A DNA stretch of 64,000 bases from NCBI GenBank assembly GCA_002104945.1, contig MCFH01000039.1, positions 62,001 to 126,000 of the forward strand. Direction: 5' to 3'. Positions within the stretch are counted from its first letter, which is position 1. Each line of letters begins with the position of its first letter. The position numbers and the translations under genes are program-made. Shown piece after piece: positions 1 through 13,269 of this stretch. The stretch is from Piromyces finnis finn (lineage: Eukaryota; Fungi; Neocallimastigomycota). The notes under the pieces were generated by a model. It had not been told where the DNA came from. It was given only the letters and a program-made list of their open reading frames with translations, and searched no databases.

Positions 1-18
1 AGAAAATCTATATCTGTC

Positions 19-2694
19 ATGGAAACATTAAATACCGATAAGAATAGACTGCATGTATTAAGATTCTCAATGGATTATAAGGATGAAGTGCCGTCTTCAT
101 CACTTGATGAAGAGAGTTTCATGGATGAGGAAGGAAATAAAAATCAATTGAGTATGGATCCTAGTGAAGATGAAAAATTCAAGACTACAGATCATTCCAA
201 TAGTTCTTATAATGAATATTTTGATATGGAATTACCAGGTTGCAAAGATATTAGTTTTGAATCGTCATCAGAAATGGCTGAAAGAAATGATAAAGATGAA
301 ATTCAAAAGAATAGTGAAGGTATTTTTGATTTTGATGATTTAGATCATCTTGACATTGAACAAGAGGATAATTCGGATGAAGAGGAAGAAGATGAAAATG
401 AATTTAAATCAATGTTTGAAAAGAAATTTAACGTTAAAAATATTCATGATATTGATGGAAAACAAAAAATTATTAAACATAGAAATGAACAAAAGGGAAG
501 ACATGAATATAACCATCATCATGGCCTAGGTAGTCATACTTTTAAAAAATCTACCTCTAAAGAAGATGCGGCTACTCCATTATCCATCAAGAAAGACACC
601 ACTAATGAAAATATTACTATCTTTAATGATTATGATTCTATCGTACGTTCTCTGGAAAATTCTTTGACAGATCTTACAAGAAGAACGTCTGGAAGAAAAG
701 AAAAAGATGAATTAGTGGATGGTAGATCTAATTTAAAAGAGGGAGAAGTAGATATGATGAGAAAAGAAGTTATTGATGTTTCATTACCACCTCCAGAGTT
801 AGGTCGAAGAACATCTAGTATGAAAGAAAGTATAGATTCTCGATCCCATTCCAAAGAAGAGATGGATTCCTCTGTCAAAACCTCTTCTATTACTGCTGAG
901 GCTACTGATGCTACTACAAATACTTCTTTAACCGGCGGTCTTACCAAGAAAAAATCTTCTTCCTTTGGTATGAAAGATGATCTAATAGAGTCTAGATCAC
1001 AATCGCTTGATGAAATCGACTCTTCTTCTAAAAATTATGATTCAAGAACTCGTTCAAGTGAAAGTTCTTCAAATGCGGAACCGGCGGTCAGAAAATCATT
1101 TAAGAAAGAAGATATTGAAGCAAGAATCCGTGCTGCAAGTGAACGCTTAGTTTCAAAACCAAGAGATGAAAGCAAATATACTATGTATGATACTTATGAA
1201 GAAAAATATTCTTCAAATGATAAATCAAAATCAAGTCAATATGCCGTGCCTAATGATAAAATATTACCTATTTCTTCAAGAGCTGTCAAGGAAAATCCAA
1301 AACGCACTTCTCGTGATTATGATGAAAGATATTTGAGAGAGGAGTACACCACCAGTCGTGATGAAGAAAGACGCAGTAGTCGTGATGATGATAAGTATTC
1401 TGATCGCTATGTTAGTCATGATATGTATTCTAGTCATGACAAGGATGAAAGACGTTTAAGTCGTGGTGATAGATATGACAATTATGACAATAAATATGAT
1501 AGTTTTGATGATCGCTACGACAGTCATGATGATCGCTATGACAGTCGTGAGGATCGCTATGACAGTTTTGATGATCGCTATGACAGCCGTGAAGATAGAT
1601 ATAGTAGTCGTGGAGAGGATAAATACGCTAGTCGTAATGAAGATCGATATGCCAGTCGTAACAGCAAGTTAAGATCTTCAAAATACGATAATTATGATAA
1701 TTCAGATACCTATAATACAAATGAAACGAATGATTCCTATAATGACACCTATGATCGTAACAATGATTCTTACGATTCCTATGAAAAATACAAAGAAGAT
1801 AAGTATTCTCGTCAAAGTGCTGGAAGCAATAAACAAAGATTAAAGGAAGATAGCTATGATCATTATGAACATACTTCTAGTAGTAGTAGAAACCATTATT
1901 CATTATTAAAAAAGAAGGTTTCAAGAGATGCGACATACTATAGTGAAGATAGTGATAGTGCCCTTGATAGTTATAATAGAGGAAAATCAAAAGATGATCA
2001 TCGTATTAGTCTTGGACTAGAAATAGAAAAAAGTATGAACAAGGAAGATAAATTAGTATTATCATCAAGTAAAAGACACAGTTCCTATACCAGTAGTAAA
2101 TATAGAGACAGAGACAGAGACAGGGATAGAGATAGAGAAAGAGATAGAGACAGAGAAAGGGAAAGAGATAGAGATAGAATTAGAGACAGGGACAGAGACA
2201 GGGACAGAGAAAGAGACAGAGATAGAGACAGAGACAAGGATAGAGAAAGGGAAAGAGACAGAGATAGAGACAGAGAAAGAGCAAGAGAAAGAGCAAGAGA
2301 TAGTTATTCCAATAGAAACCTTGGTAGTAGTAGTGGTAGTACTACTAAATACAAAGATATAAGTAAAGAAGATATGAAAGTTCATCGTGATAGTACATTA
2401 ACTCGCAAAATAAAGAGAAGTTCCGTTCAAGAAGGTATAAATAAAGAACAAAAGTTAAATCGAAGAAATAGTTATAGTGAAATTGAAAAACTTCGCCTCA
2501 AGAAAATAGAAAAGATGAAAAAGCACGGAAGTTTACCACCTAGTAAGCGATCTCCGGCAATTAAAGAAAATCATCATCGAGATGCCCATGTTAGCAGTAG
2601 TACTGATGATGAAGATGATATTCCAATTGCATCCATTTTAAAGAAAAGATCTTCATTGGAAAGAGTTCGAAAAAGTTTAAATAATAATAAATAA
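19..2694 (+). CDS. Low-complexity, probably disordered D/S/R/Y-rich protein with RD/RE dipeptide tract; possibly 5'-truncated by the window edge
   Basis: 891-aa ORF; the frame is also open from base 1 (AGA AAA TCT ATA TCT GTC ATG), so the true start may be upstream. YDSxDDR/YDSREDR heptads at ~1490-1620 and RDRDRE tract at ~2100-2300. No globular domain recognised. Confidence 0.75.
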   Translation: METLNTDKNRLHVLRFSMDYKDEVPSSSLDEESFMDEEGNKNQLSMDPSEDEKFKTTDHSNSSYNEYFDMELPGCKDISFESSSEMAERNDKDEIQKNSEGIFDFDDLDHLDIEQEDNSDEEEEDENEFKSMFEKKFNVKNIHDIDGKQKIIKHRNEQKGRHEYNHHHGLGSHTFKKSTSKEDAATPLSIKKDTTNENITIFNDYDSIVRSLENSLTDLTRRTSGRKEKDELVDGRSNLKEGEVDMMRKEVIDVSLPPPELGRRTSSMKESIDSRSHSKEEMDSSVKTSSITAEATDATTNTSLTGGLTKKKSSSFGMKDDLIESRSQSLDEIDSSSKNYDSRTRSSESSSNAEPAVRKSFKKEDIEARIRAASERLVSKPRDESKYTMYDTYEEKYSSNDKSKSSQYAVPNDKILPISSRAVKENPKRTSRDYDERYLREEYTTSRDEERRSSRDDDKYSDRYVSHDMYSSHDKDERRLSRGDRYDNYDNKYDSFDDRYDSHDDRYDSREDRYDSFDDRYDSREDRYSSRGEDKYASRNEDRYASRNSKLRSSKYDNYDNSDTYNTNETNDSYNDTYDRNNDSYDSYEKYKEDKYSRQSAGSNKQRLKEDSYDHYEHTSSSSRNHYSLLKKKVSRDATYYSEDSDSALDSYNRGKSKDDHRISLGLEIEKSMNKEDKLVLSSSKRHSSYTSSKYRDRDRDRDRDRERDRDRERERDRDRIRDRDRDRDRERDRDRDRDKDRERERDRDRDRERARERARDSYSNRNLGSSSGSTTKYKDISKEDMKVHRDSTLTRKIKRSSVQEGINKEQKLNRRNSYSEIEKLRLKKIEKMKKHGSLPPSKRSPAIKENHHRDAHVSSSTDDEDDIPIASILKKRSSLERVRKSLNNNK

Positions 2695-4382
2695 ACAAAT
2701 GAAAAAAAAAAGTTTTTATCCTTTTCTTCTATTATGATAAATTAATGACACGCTAAAGAATTATCCTCAGAAACAAACCATCAACTATCAACTATTATAG
2801 AATGATACTTTTATATCTATATACCTACATTACCTATTCTATATTGATAGGATTATAATAATAATAATAAAAAATAAAAAAAAAAAACAGTAATAATAAT
2901 ACCAATTTTATCCTCATAAAATATTTCATACAAAAGCATAAATATTAATAAATAAATGAATAGCTTAAAAAAAAACAGCAACAGCAACAGCAACAATAAC
3001 TGTAATAATAATAGCAACCCAAAAATACCATCCTAAATTTAACCACCACTACAATATCATTTAATTTTGTAAAATAAAGCCAAAAATAAAAAAAAATAAA
3101 ATAAAAAAAAAAAAAAATAAAAAAAAATAAACCGACAGTTTATCATCAATACTGTTTTAGTCATTAATGATAAAACAAAATATATATAATTATATTATAA
3201 TTATATATAAATGAAATATATAAATCGACTTATTTAAAAAAAAAAAAAAAATTACATTCATCCACTCATAATTATTTACATTTATACTATATTTATAAAT
3301 CGAGAAAAAAAAAAAAAAAAACATAGTTATCAGTTATAAAATGTAATAAAAAAAAAAAAAAAATCGATACATTTTAGTAAACAATTTTTTGAAATTGAAC
3401 CGTTAACCTTTATAATCTAGATTATTATTATTATTTTTTTTATTATTATTATTCTATATTTATATATAATATTATTATCAATATTCGTTTATTCTATATC
3501 CACCGAAAAAAAAAATTTATATATATATAAAATTAGTAAATTATTTATATTATTATTCACTTAAAAATATTATTATTATTATTATTTTTTTTTATTCTTA
3601 TTTTTTTTTAATAATCCGGCCGGTATTATTAAAAAAAGAAAAAAAAGGTAATAACAACAGCAATAATAAAATAGTAATAATTATAATATAATAATTATAA
3701 TAATTAATATTTCTATACATTTAACTCCTTTTACAAATTTAATAATTTAGAAAAAAGAATGAAATAGTAATAATAATGCTTTAATCTATTACTTTGTTAA
3801 TTCCAATATTTATTTTGATGTAAAATCTTAATTACATACGTACAATACTATTTCATCTTGTATAAAAGATGATATATATATATATATATAAATTACTACA
3901 AAATACATATTAATAATATATAATATAGGCATGATTAATTTTTAAACCATTTAATGGCATGAATATAAAAAAAAAAAAAAAAAAAAAAAAGATTTTTTTT
4001 TTTTATTATCATCAAATCCCTTATCTAAGGAACCCACAAGAAATAAATAAAGAATAAAATAACAAATATTAAATAATTTGATTTCTATATAAAATTTAAT
4101 AGTTTTATTATTATTATTATTTTTTTTTTTACAAATATATATTTTATTAAAATAACACAGGCTGTTTTTATAATATCTATTTTATATATCATTTATTTTT
4201 AATTTTTTATGATATATATATATATATATATATAAAATAAATAATATTACTATGATGTAAATAAAAAAAAAATGCTTTTTTTTTTTAAAGTTGATATATA
4301 TATATTATTAATAATAAATGTAACTATGATGTAAACTTTTTTTTTTTTTTTTGAAATTAATATACTAAACCAAAAATAAAAG

Positions 4383-4823
4383 TTAATAATTAGAAATTTT
4401 ATAGGGTACAGGACGCATTAATGTTCCCTTAATAATATCATAAGCTCTATTCATAGAAGAACTTGGACAATCTGGATTTACCCCTTCACCAATACCATCA
4501 ACTTCAATGTTTTGCATAATACCTTCATTCGTTATACGACTTTTATATTTATAATTTTTAATAAGAATTTCCTTTAAATCTGCCATTTCTTCCATTCTTT
4601 CCAATACATAACTTTTTTTATCATGTTCTTGTTGACGTAATTTCGATAGACTTTGTTGTTGTTGAGCATTTCCTACCATTTTTTCTATTTCTGGTGGTAA
4701 ATTTTGTATATTATGACGATAACCGGTTTTAGTATCAATTCTACGATCAACTAATCTAGAAATACAAGTTTCTTTTGGAACATCTAAATAGATAAGTCTA
4801 TTTTTTTTTTTTTTTGTGTGTGT

Positions 4824-4858
<35 letters not shown>

Positions 4859-7412
4859 GATATATAAATATAAATATAAATATAAATATAAATATAAATA
4901 TAAATATAAATATAAATATAAATATAAATATAAATATAAATATAAATATAAATATAAATATAAATATAAATATAAATATAAATATAAATATAAATATAAA
5001 TATAAATATATACATATTATACATATAAATATTTATTAATAAAATAAAGAAGAAAAAAAAAAAAAAGAAAAAAAAAACTATAATTTTTTTTATTAATTAC
5101 CTATTTGGATATATTTCAAATTTATTTAATCCATCAATTTCTTCTTGAGTGGTAGGGTAACCATCTAAAATCCAACCATTTTGTTCACAATCTTCTTTTT
5201 TTAATCTTCTAACAATTAAATCTAATACAATATCTTTTGGAGCTGGATTTTCATGTTATCAATATTAATATTTAATAAAGTCATTTATTGATAAGAAAGA
5301 AAAAAAAAAAGAAGAGAAAAAATTATAATTAATATTCATAATTTTTTTTAATTATAATATATATAAATATTTTAATTATAATATATATAAATATTTTAAT
5401 TATTAATATATGTATATTTATATATTTATAATATATGTATGGATATATGCTTTTTTTTTTTTTTTTTTTTTTTTTTGGATAGGATCGATTGTAAATATAG
5501 ATAGATGAGTAGTTTATACCTTTATTATAATGATTAACAAAAGATTTAAGAATAAAACCTAATTCAGAATTTGTTGAAATTTCTTCTAGAATAACATTTT
5601 CAACAGAAACTTTTTTTAAATTTTTTGCATTATAAAATATATATAAAATGAGAATAGAAAAAAGGTAAATAGATAGATAGATAGATAGATAGATAAATAG
5701 TTACAAAAAATAAAAGGTATATTTTAATATTTAAAAATAACATATATATTTTTTAGTGTTATTATTATTATTATTGGTATCTATTATTAATTTTTTTTTT
5801 TTGTTATTATTTACCATGAACAACACCATATCTTTTAGCAATAAATTCTGAAAGTAAAGTTTTTCCTGATCCTGGTAATCCAGCAATAGCAATTTTTAAA
5901 CAGAATGGATTGTCGATGATAGGTCTTTGACCTAAATTATTGTATATAGCATTGGCAACATCTTCTTCCTTACCGTAAATACCATCAGGATAATAATAGG
6001 AACGATAAATACTTTTAAAACAATTGGCAATATTCGGTAGATTACGATTATAAAATTCAATTTTATTTTTAATACGAATTAAAAATTCAACTGGAATATC
6101 AATTAAATTATCTAATCTAATATTATTTGGCGGTGGATTATATTTTTCATGATAAGCAGTGGATGTTTTGGTATCATATTTCATATCAGAAATATATTTA
6201 TTGACAGTTTCTTCTGATATATCCAATAAAACTTTATTTTTCATCATTTGAGAAATTATATATTGATATAGAAATGAATGAAATGATAGAATAAATAATA
6301 TTAAAAATATAATATAAAATATTTAAAAATTAATTTCTCTTTCATTTCATATATATTTTATAAAGTATGATTTCATTAAAAATAAAAATAAAAAAATAAA
6401 TAAATAAAAAGAACCATTTTACAATGATATTTTTTAATCATTGTATTTTTTTTTTAAGTTTTTTTTTTTTTTTTTTTTTTTTTTTAGATTAAATAATAAT
6501 AATTATATTTAGAATCATACTAAATGAATCAGCAATAATTCCTTTTCTTTTCATAAGAAGAGCTTGTTCACGAGTTTTAGGGTATCCTTGTAAAATCCAA
6601 CCACGATTAACAACAGATTGATCTTGTATTTTTTTAAAAATTAAAGAGATAACAATATTATCCGGTACCATACGACGATCATTATAATAGGATTCAGCTT
6701 GTACTCCTAAGGATGTTTTCATTTCAATGGCTTCTTTAATTAATTCAGATACAACAATATGTTCACAATTTAATTTTCTAGCTAAAATACTTCCCTTTTT
6801 TTTTTTTATAAATATTTAATATATTAAATATAAATATATATTTTATGTATATATAAAATACATAGGTAGATTATAGATAAATATTATGAATCGTATAAAA
6901 TATATATATATATTTATATATAAATAAAAAATTTGAATAATAAAATTATATATGATTCATTATCATATATCATATAATGAATGTTTTTTTTTTTTTTTTA
7001 TTTTTGAATAACATACCACGACTTTTGTATTTGATGTAGTAATACCATGAAGAATAATAGATGGAACTATTTTTTTTTTTTTAAAAAAGAATATAGAAAA
7101 GAATGTTGTTTTATATAAAAAGTTGTATATAAATATATATAGGAATTATTTTAATAATTATATATATATAAAAAGAATATTAATAAAAGAGTAGTACACA
7201 CACACACACATATATATATATATCTTTTTTTTTTTTTTTTTTTTACCTTGAGGTTGTTGTAAATGTTCAATCATATATTCAATGGGATCCATAGGTTGTT
7301 TTGTAAGTAGCTTTTGTAACATATCATGAAAAATATTAAAGATATCATGTTTATCAGCATATTCCGCAAATCCATTAATTTTCTTTTTTGAAATCAAATC
7401 TTTCATTTCCAT
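4383..7412 (-). CDS. AK8: Adenylate kinase 8-like protein (N-terminal docking/dimerisation helix pair plus two AK domains), 7 exons, ~517 aa
   Basis: Phase-compatible GT-AG exons 7412-7247, 7066-7017, 6794-6521, 6231-5815, 5609-5520, 5242-5101, 4797-4383. N-terminal YADKHDIFNIFHDMLQKLLTKQPMDPIEYMIEHL, two GWIL(Q/D)GYP motifs, second P-loop GLPGSGKT, LID-like RRIDTKTG. Architecture matches flagellar AK8. Confidence 0.85.
4863..5010. repeat. (TATAAA)n hexamer microsatellite in AK8 intron 6
   Basis: About 24 uninterrupted copies; source of the spurious poly-IN, poly-KY and poly-FI ORFs. Confidence 0.95.
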
Positions 7413-7863
7413 GATGCTCTCTTTCCTTTCCTTTCCTTTTTTTTTTTTTTTTTTTCAATAAACTATACAAACACACACTCTTTCACAAAATTTAAAATTA
7501 TTTTTTTTTAAAGTTACTGTTAATATTATTAAAAACTACTCTTAAAAATTTTAATTTTTAGTTTTTTTTTTTTTTGAAATGTTCCATAAAATTTCAAAAT
7601 GGTTTGCTGGCTTTTTTGGTATAAACTTAAAACTTTTTTTTTATTTATTAACACTAAAAAAGTAAAAACTGAAAAAACTTTAAATTTTTTTTTTTTAAAC
7701 TAAAAATTCATTTGAAAAATGAATTTAAAAAAAAATTTTTTTTTATTAAATTTTTATTAAATTTTTTTTTTATTTTTATATTTTTTGTTATTTTTTTTTT
7801 CCATGAAAAATTCATAGGTTGGTAAAAAATAAACTAGATTTTTATTACTTTTCTTTTTTTCTT

Positions 7864-7914
<51 letters not shown>

Positions 7915-8433
7915 ACCTTAAAAAACAAACGTAGATAACTTAAAACGTTTATTAATAAATTAATAAAAAATAGAATGAAGCATTAGCCATTCTATTCTTT
8001 TTTTTTTTCTTCTATATGATCTATAAATTTTTAGTTTAATTCTTCTATATAAAAATACAAATGGAATTGTTGAAATTTAATCATTTTATCCATTTTATTG
8101 TTGAAAAAAAGAAAATATATAGTTTGTTATAAATATGTTGATCTATCTACTTGTATTTTAATAAAGATAATCATTACTCTTTTAAATTTATTTCTTATTA
8201 TTATTATTATTTTGTTTGTTTCTATTTTATAAAAAAAGGTTTTTTTTTTTATGTTGTGTTTTTTTTTTTTTTGGTTATTTCTTTTTTTTTTTTTTTTTTT
8301 TTTTTGATTTTTGGTTTAGAATATATTATTGCTAATATAATCTAATTATCTATTATTGTATATTAAAATTATTTTTATTATTTATTATTTATTATTTATT
8401 ATTTATTATTATTAATTTGATATTATTAATGTT

Positions 8434-8467
<34 letters not shown>

Positions 8468-9405
8468 TATTTCTAATAGTAATGGAGTGCATTATAAAAT
8501 TATTATTTTCATATTAACTTTATAATTATTATTGTTTTTTTTTTATATATATATTTTACTACTTTATAATCTAGATGTATGAATTGATTATTAGATATAT
8601 AATAAAATTACAGTTATTATATTTATATTTATTATTATTATTGATATAAGATTTTATATAGTGATATAATAAACTTCTGTAATTTTTTTCTTTATTTTAT
8701 ATATAATATTAAAATCATTATTATTATATATATCATTAATTTTTTTTTATATATATAATCCTTTGATATTACTTTTTTTTTTTTTAATTCTATTTCATAG
8801 GATTATAGTATCAATTATAATAATTATTAGAGTATAGTGTATTTCATACGTTCTAAAATTTGATAGTTTTTTTTTTATTTATTTTTTTGGTGTATATTAA
8901 TGTTGATCATTATTAAAAAGAAAATTATTTTTTTTATAAACACTGAATTATTTATATCTTGACATTTTCTAATACGTAGCGAGTAATTATTATAATTATT
9001 TTTAAAGATTGATATATGAATTAACAAAAATACAAAATTAGTATTTCTTTTGGGCTTGATATTAAAATTAGTGCGTATTTATCATTAGGTAGTATTTCTT
9101 GTTATTATTATCTAATCATTAGTAATTGATGTTTTTTATTTTGTTTTGCTTTGCTTCTTGATTTATTAATTCATACCTGTTGGATTACTGTATTATTAAT
9201 TAATTATATTTTTATCTATTATTAATGATGGATAGTATGAAAAACATTATTTTTGAAAAAAAAAATATTAAATAGTGTTCTATAGAAAAAAAATATATAA
9301 ATACTGATTGAAAAAATATAAATCTCCTGGCGACTTTCTTTTTTTTGTCTATAGGCTCTTAGGGCTTGAGGCAAATAGAAAAAAAAAAAAAAACTAGGAA
9401 TAGGT

Positions 9406-9942
9406 TTACATAAATGATGTAGTTTCATTCATTGAAAGAGAAAGTGGTGAGGAGGATGGAATCTGAATGGATAATTTTTGTGGACTATTCTTTGAATGTC
9501 CTTTCATTTTAATACTAGAAGTGGCTAAATCTGGTGAAATACCCATTTTTGAAATTCCAATCGATGAGGACGAGGATGGGAAATTCATATTTAATGATTT
9601 CATAGTAGATTGATTCATATTTTGACTATTGATTTGATTTCCAAAATTATTATAATAGTTATTGAAGGATGGTGAACCACCATTCATTAATAAAGAATAT
9701 GGATTTAATTGTTGTTTTTGTTGGAAAACATTATTTTGAAACATACTAGCATTAAATTGGGATGGAGATCCTTCGGATAATAATGCCGGATTATTAAATA
9801 TACTATTATTATTATATCCTTGACTTTGACCATACTTTAAGGATGGAGTATTATTTAATACAGATAAATAAGAATTTTGGAAATTGAGCGTTTCAAGAGC
9901 ACGTTGTTGTTGCTGTAATAGAGCCAAGTTTTCATTAATGCT

Positions 9943-9974
<32 letters not shown>

Positions 9975-12900
9975 CATTCATAATCATACTTGGTATCATA
10001 GAGTTAGTTGATGGGGTTGGATTTGGATCTGCAGTAAAATTACTAAAGAAACTACTCATTGGTGTTGTTGGAGTTAATGGAGAAACAATATCAATTGGTG
10101 CATTATTATAGAATAAGGATGGATTTAAATTATTCTTGGTTGTTGGAATAATACCTAATTCTTCAAAAAGTCTTTTGTAACCGACTTGATTTGGCTTAAT
10201 ATCTGTTAATTGCGATAATGCGGTACGAACTCTATCGGCCAATTGAATTTTTTCTTCATTATTAATACATGCACTAGCTAAGATTTTTTGAATGACACTT
10301 ACACCATATGCCGGATTACTTAAAATTTCCTTAAGGACAGCATCCCCTTGATAAAATATACTTTTAATAATTGTACTTCTAGCGTCCATTTCAACACGTT
10401 GATTTACTAATTTTAAGATAGTGGAAGATGCCAACTTATTACTACAGAAGGAAGCAATGTTTGGAACTAACTTTGGAGCAATAACTCTGAATCTTCCTGG
10501 TAAAGATGATGTATCTAAAAGCCATGTGATAAGAAGTGCACCATTTGGATTGACGCAAAGATCAGTTGCACAACGAACAATAGCCATTGCAACTTGTTTT
10601 TGTTGCCTTTTAGTGGTATGTTGGGATTCCAAACATGCTCTAATAGCTCTAGCACCAAATCGACCTGGTCCAATATCCTTACATTTAGCGACAATAGCAT
10701 CAAAAATAAATTGGTTATTTTGAGTGCCTAAACGAAGACAACATTGAATGACATAATTACCGAATTGATCAAGTAATAATGGTGGTGTATATTTCTTTAA
10801 ACCATCCACAATATATTGAATTTGAACTGGTCCTTTAGCTTCATCAATAATTTTTTGAACAACCCAAGTACCATTCTTATGAATACCTACAGTGGCCAAA
10901 TGTGGTGAAAGCTTTTTAATTAACTTTAAACGATTTTCGTCAGAAGTATGATCTAAAACCTTTTGAACAATGACATTACCAATGTAATCGGTGCAAAGAC
11001 CAACAACATCTAACATAATAGTATTAAAATAGGATTCAATTTCTTTAGCAGTGGTATGACCTTCTAATTTTTTTCTCATTTCTTTTAATTTATTTTGATC
11101 TACTTGACGTTTTGTGGCATGTTCGGAAAGAGTTGGGATAGTTGCAAAATATTCGCCATCTTCATCATCTGAAGATTTTAAATATTCAGTTGTAATTGGG
11201 ATGGTTAATTGTGGTAAATCCTTTTTTCCCTTTTCTGACTTTTTCTTACTTTTTTCTGAATCTTTACTCTTTTCAGTAAATTGTGTGGAGAGTGATTTTA
11301 CCGATTCAGAATCTAAAGATTCTGGAGCCTTAATATAACTTACTTTAAGAACTGAACCATTAATTTCTAATCCATTCATTTTTTTAAAGGCTTTCACAGC
11401 CTCATCTAAATTTTCAAAGGTAATAGATCCACTAGTTTTTTGAGGAAGTAATCTAGTAGTTTCAATTGAACCAAACTTTGAGAATTTCTTTTTTAATTCA
11501 ATTAAGCTTAAAGAAGCTGGAATGTTACTAATCCATAAAGATCTTGTTGGTGTACTAACAATGGTAACAGTTTCATCAACAGATTCAGGACTATGACTAT
11601 AGAAAGTAATTTGAATTTCGCTTGTCTTTATCATTTTACCGTTCATTTCATTTTTGGCTTTAGAGGCATCCTTTGGATTTTTATACTTTACGAAAGCAAC
11701 ATCTTTATCCGAGTCAAGTTTTAAGGATTCAATTTCACCAAATTTGGTAAAGTAAGGTTTTAAATCTTTGGTGGATAAAGAATGATCTAAATATTCAACA
11801 TACAAAGTTGTTGGACTTTCCACTAATGTTTCTTCATCATTTTCTAATTGTTGAAGTTCAGGAAGATTTTCAATTTCTGGTGAGAGTAAAATTTCATTAG
11901 AGTAACTAGAATTTAAAGTTAAACTCATCTTTGAATCTTCATCATCTTCTTTTTCATTCTTGTCTAAAACAATACCGTTATTATTTAATAAATTTCTTTC
12001 CATTTTTTTGATATTTAAATTGAATGAGGCACCACGACGATGATTTGGACTAAATAATTGTGGTTTTGGTGACATTTCTAAATAGTTAAGAGAGACAGAA
12101 GAAGCCTTTGGTTTATGAGTTAAAAGTGGTGAGCGTTGGAAAGGTGACTTTACCTGACCATTATTAAGTAAATTAGCGGCAAGAACATTTGAAACTCTAT
12201 TATCTTCAATAGTACCATTTGGTATTGGAGCAAATGGTGATGGTACAACATTATTATTTGATGAAGTTGAATGATTAGAAAGAACTGAAGATGGTCTTTC
12301 CTGGGAAAATATATTTTTACTATCAACTAATGGAGAACTAATATTTTTATTGGTGAAACTATAACCTTTTAATAATTCATTGGTATTTAATATTTTTTCT
12401 AAAAATATATAATAGTAAAAAGATTAGTAATTTCATATAGCCAAGTTTTAATATTTAATAGTGAAAAAAAAATTAATCATTTCATAAAGTCAAGTTTTTA
12501 AAATTTAATAGTAAGAATAATTAAATTTATTTATTAAAAAGGTAATTTATTGATTTATATAAAAACTTAATATATTTATTATATTAGAAAAACATTTACC
12601 ATTAGATTTTTTGTTCAAAGAGGAGAGAGCAGCATAAGCTAATTCATCATTAGAACTATCTAAAAAGTTTGCATTCATTTCTGATAAATGTGACGAAGAT
12701 GGTGATTGAGTTTGTGGATTAACTAAGCGATCAGCAGCAACAGTATTTAAAAGATTAGCAGCAACCTCAGGACTATTATTAAGATCCATTTGATTCAAAG
12801 TAGTCATAGAATTCATTGAAACCTGATTAACTTTAGTTGGACTTCCCCAGGAAGTTCCAGAATTTGTATTCATTGCATTAGACATATTCATCATTGGTAA

Positions 12901-13269
12901 GAAATTCACAGAATGAGAATTATAGCGATGGCCGGCACCTAATGGTCTTTCTCTTGCTAAATTAGATTCAACATTTATTTGATTTCCTAATAAAGTTGAT
13001 TCATTTAATAGATTGGCAGTATTATTAAATTGGGCTTGACCACCAAGGTTAACCATTTCTTTATTTAAAGAGGATGAAGAGAATGGTAATGTTGAATTAG
13101 TAGCTGTTGTATTAAAACCATTATTTTGACCTAAAGAAGAAAATACACTTTGACTTCTATTATGCATATTTTTTGGTTTTGTATCGCCTTTTAAAAAGGC
13201 TTCGGCACCCATCACGTTGGAATAAAAGGAGTTTTGATTAAATGATTCTTGAAACACTTGATTGTTCAT
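9406..13269 (-). CDS. PUF2: Puf2/Jsn1-like RNA-binding protein (two RRMs + Pumilio repeats, N/Q/S-rich termini), 2 exons, ~1220 aa
   Basis: Exons 13269-12600 and 12398-9406 join in frame over a GT-AG intron. RRM motifs (LYVEYL..VAFVKY; LWISNI..GSITF) then Pumilio repeats (DYIGNVIVQKVL, HKNGTWVVQKII, DQFGNYVIQCCL). RRM+PUF fusion is the fungal Jsn1/Puf2 architecture. Confidence 0.88.

Noticed and set aside
630-2385. Overlapping ORFs 630-947, 1463-1672, 2065-2385
   Set aside because: Alternate-frame or antisense shadows of the repetitive 891-aa ORF.
4816-5039. ORFs reading ININ../KYKY.. and the FIFI.. N-terminus of the 4383-5024 ORF
   Set aside because: Translations of an intronic (TATAAA)n microsatellite; the real exon starts at 4797.
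7795-7815. TTTTTCCATGAAAAA upstream of AK8 as an RFX X-box
   Set aside because: Lacks the G/C ends of the GTTnCCATGGnAAC consensus and is expected by chance in T/A runs.
9884-11338. Short ORFs inside the Puf gene, including a poly-Cys ORF
   Set aside because: Antisense shadows; poly-Cys is the complement of the poly-Gln tract.
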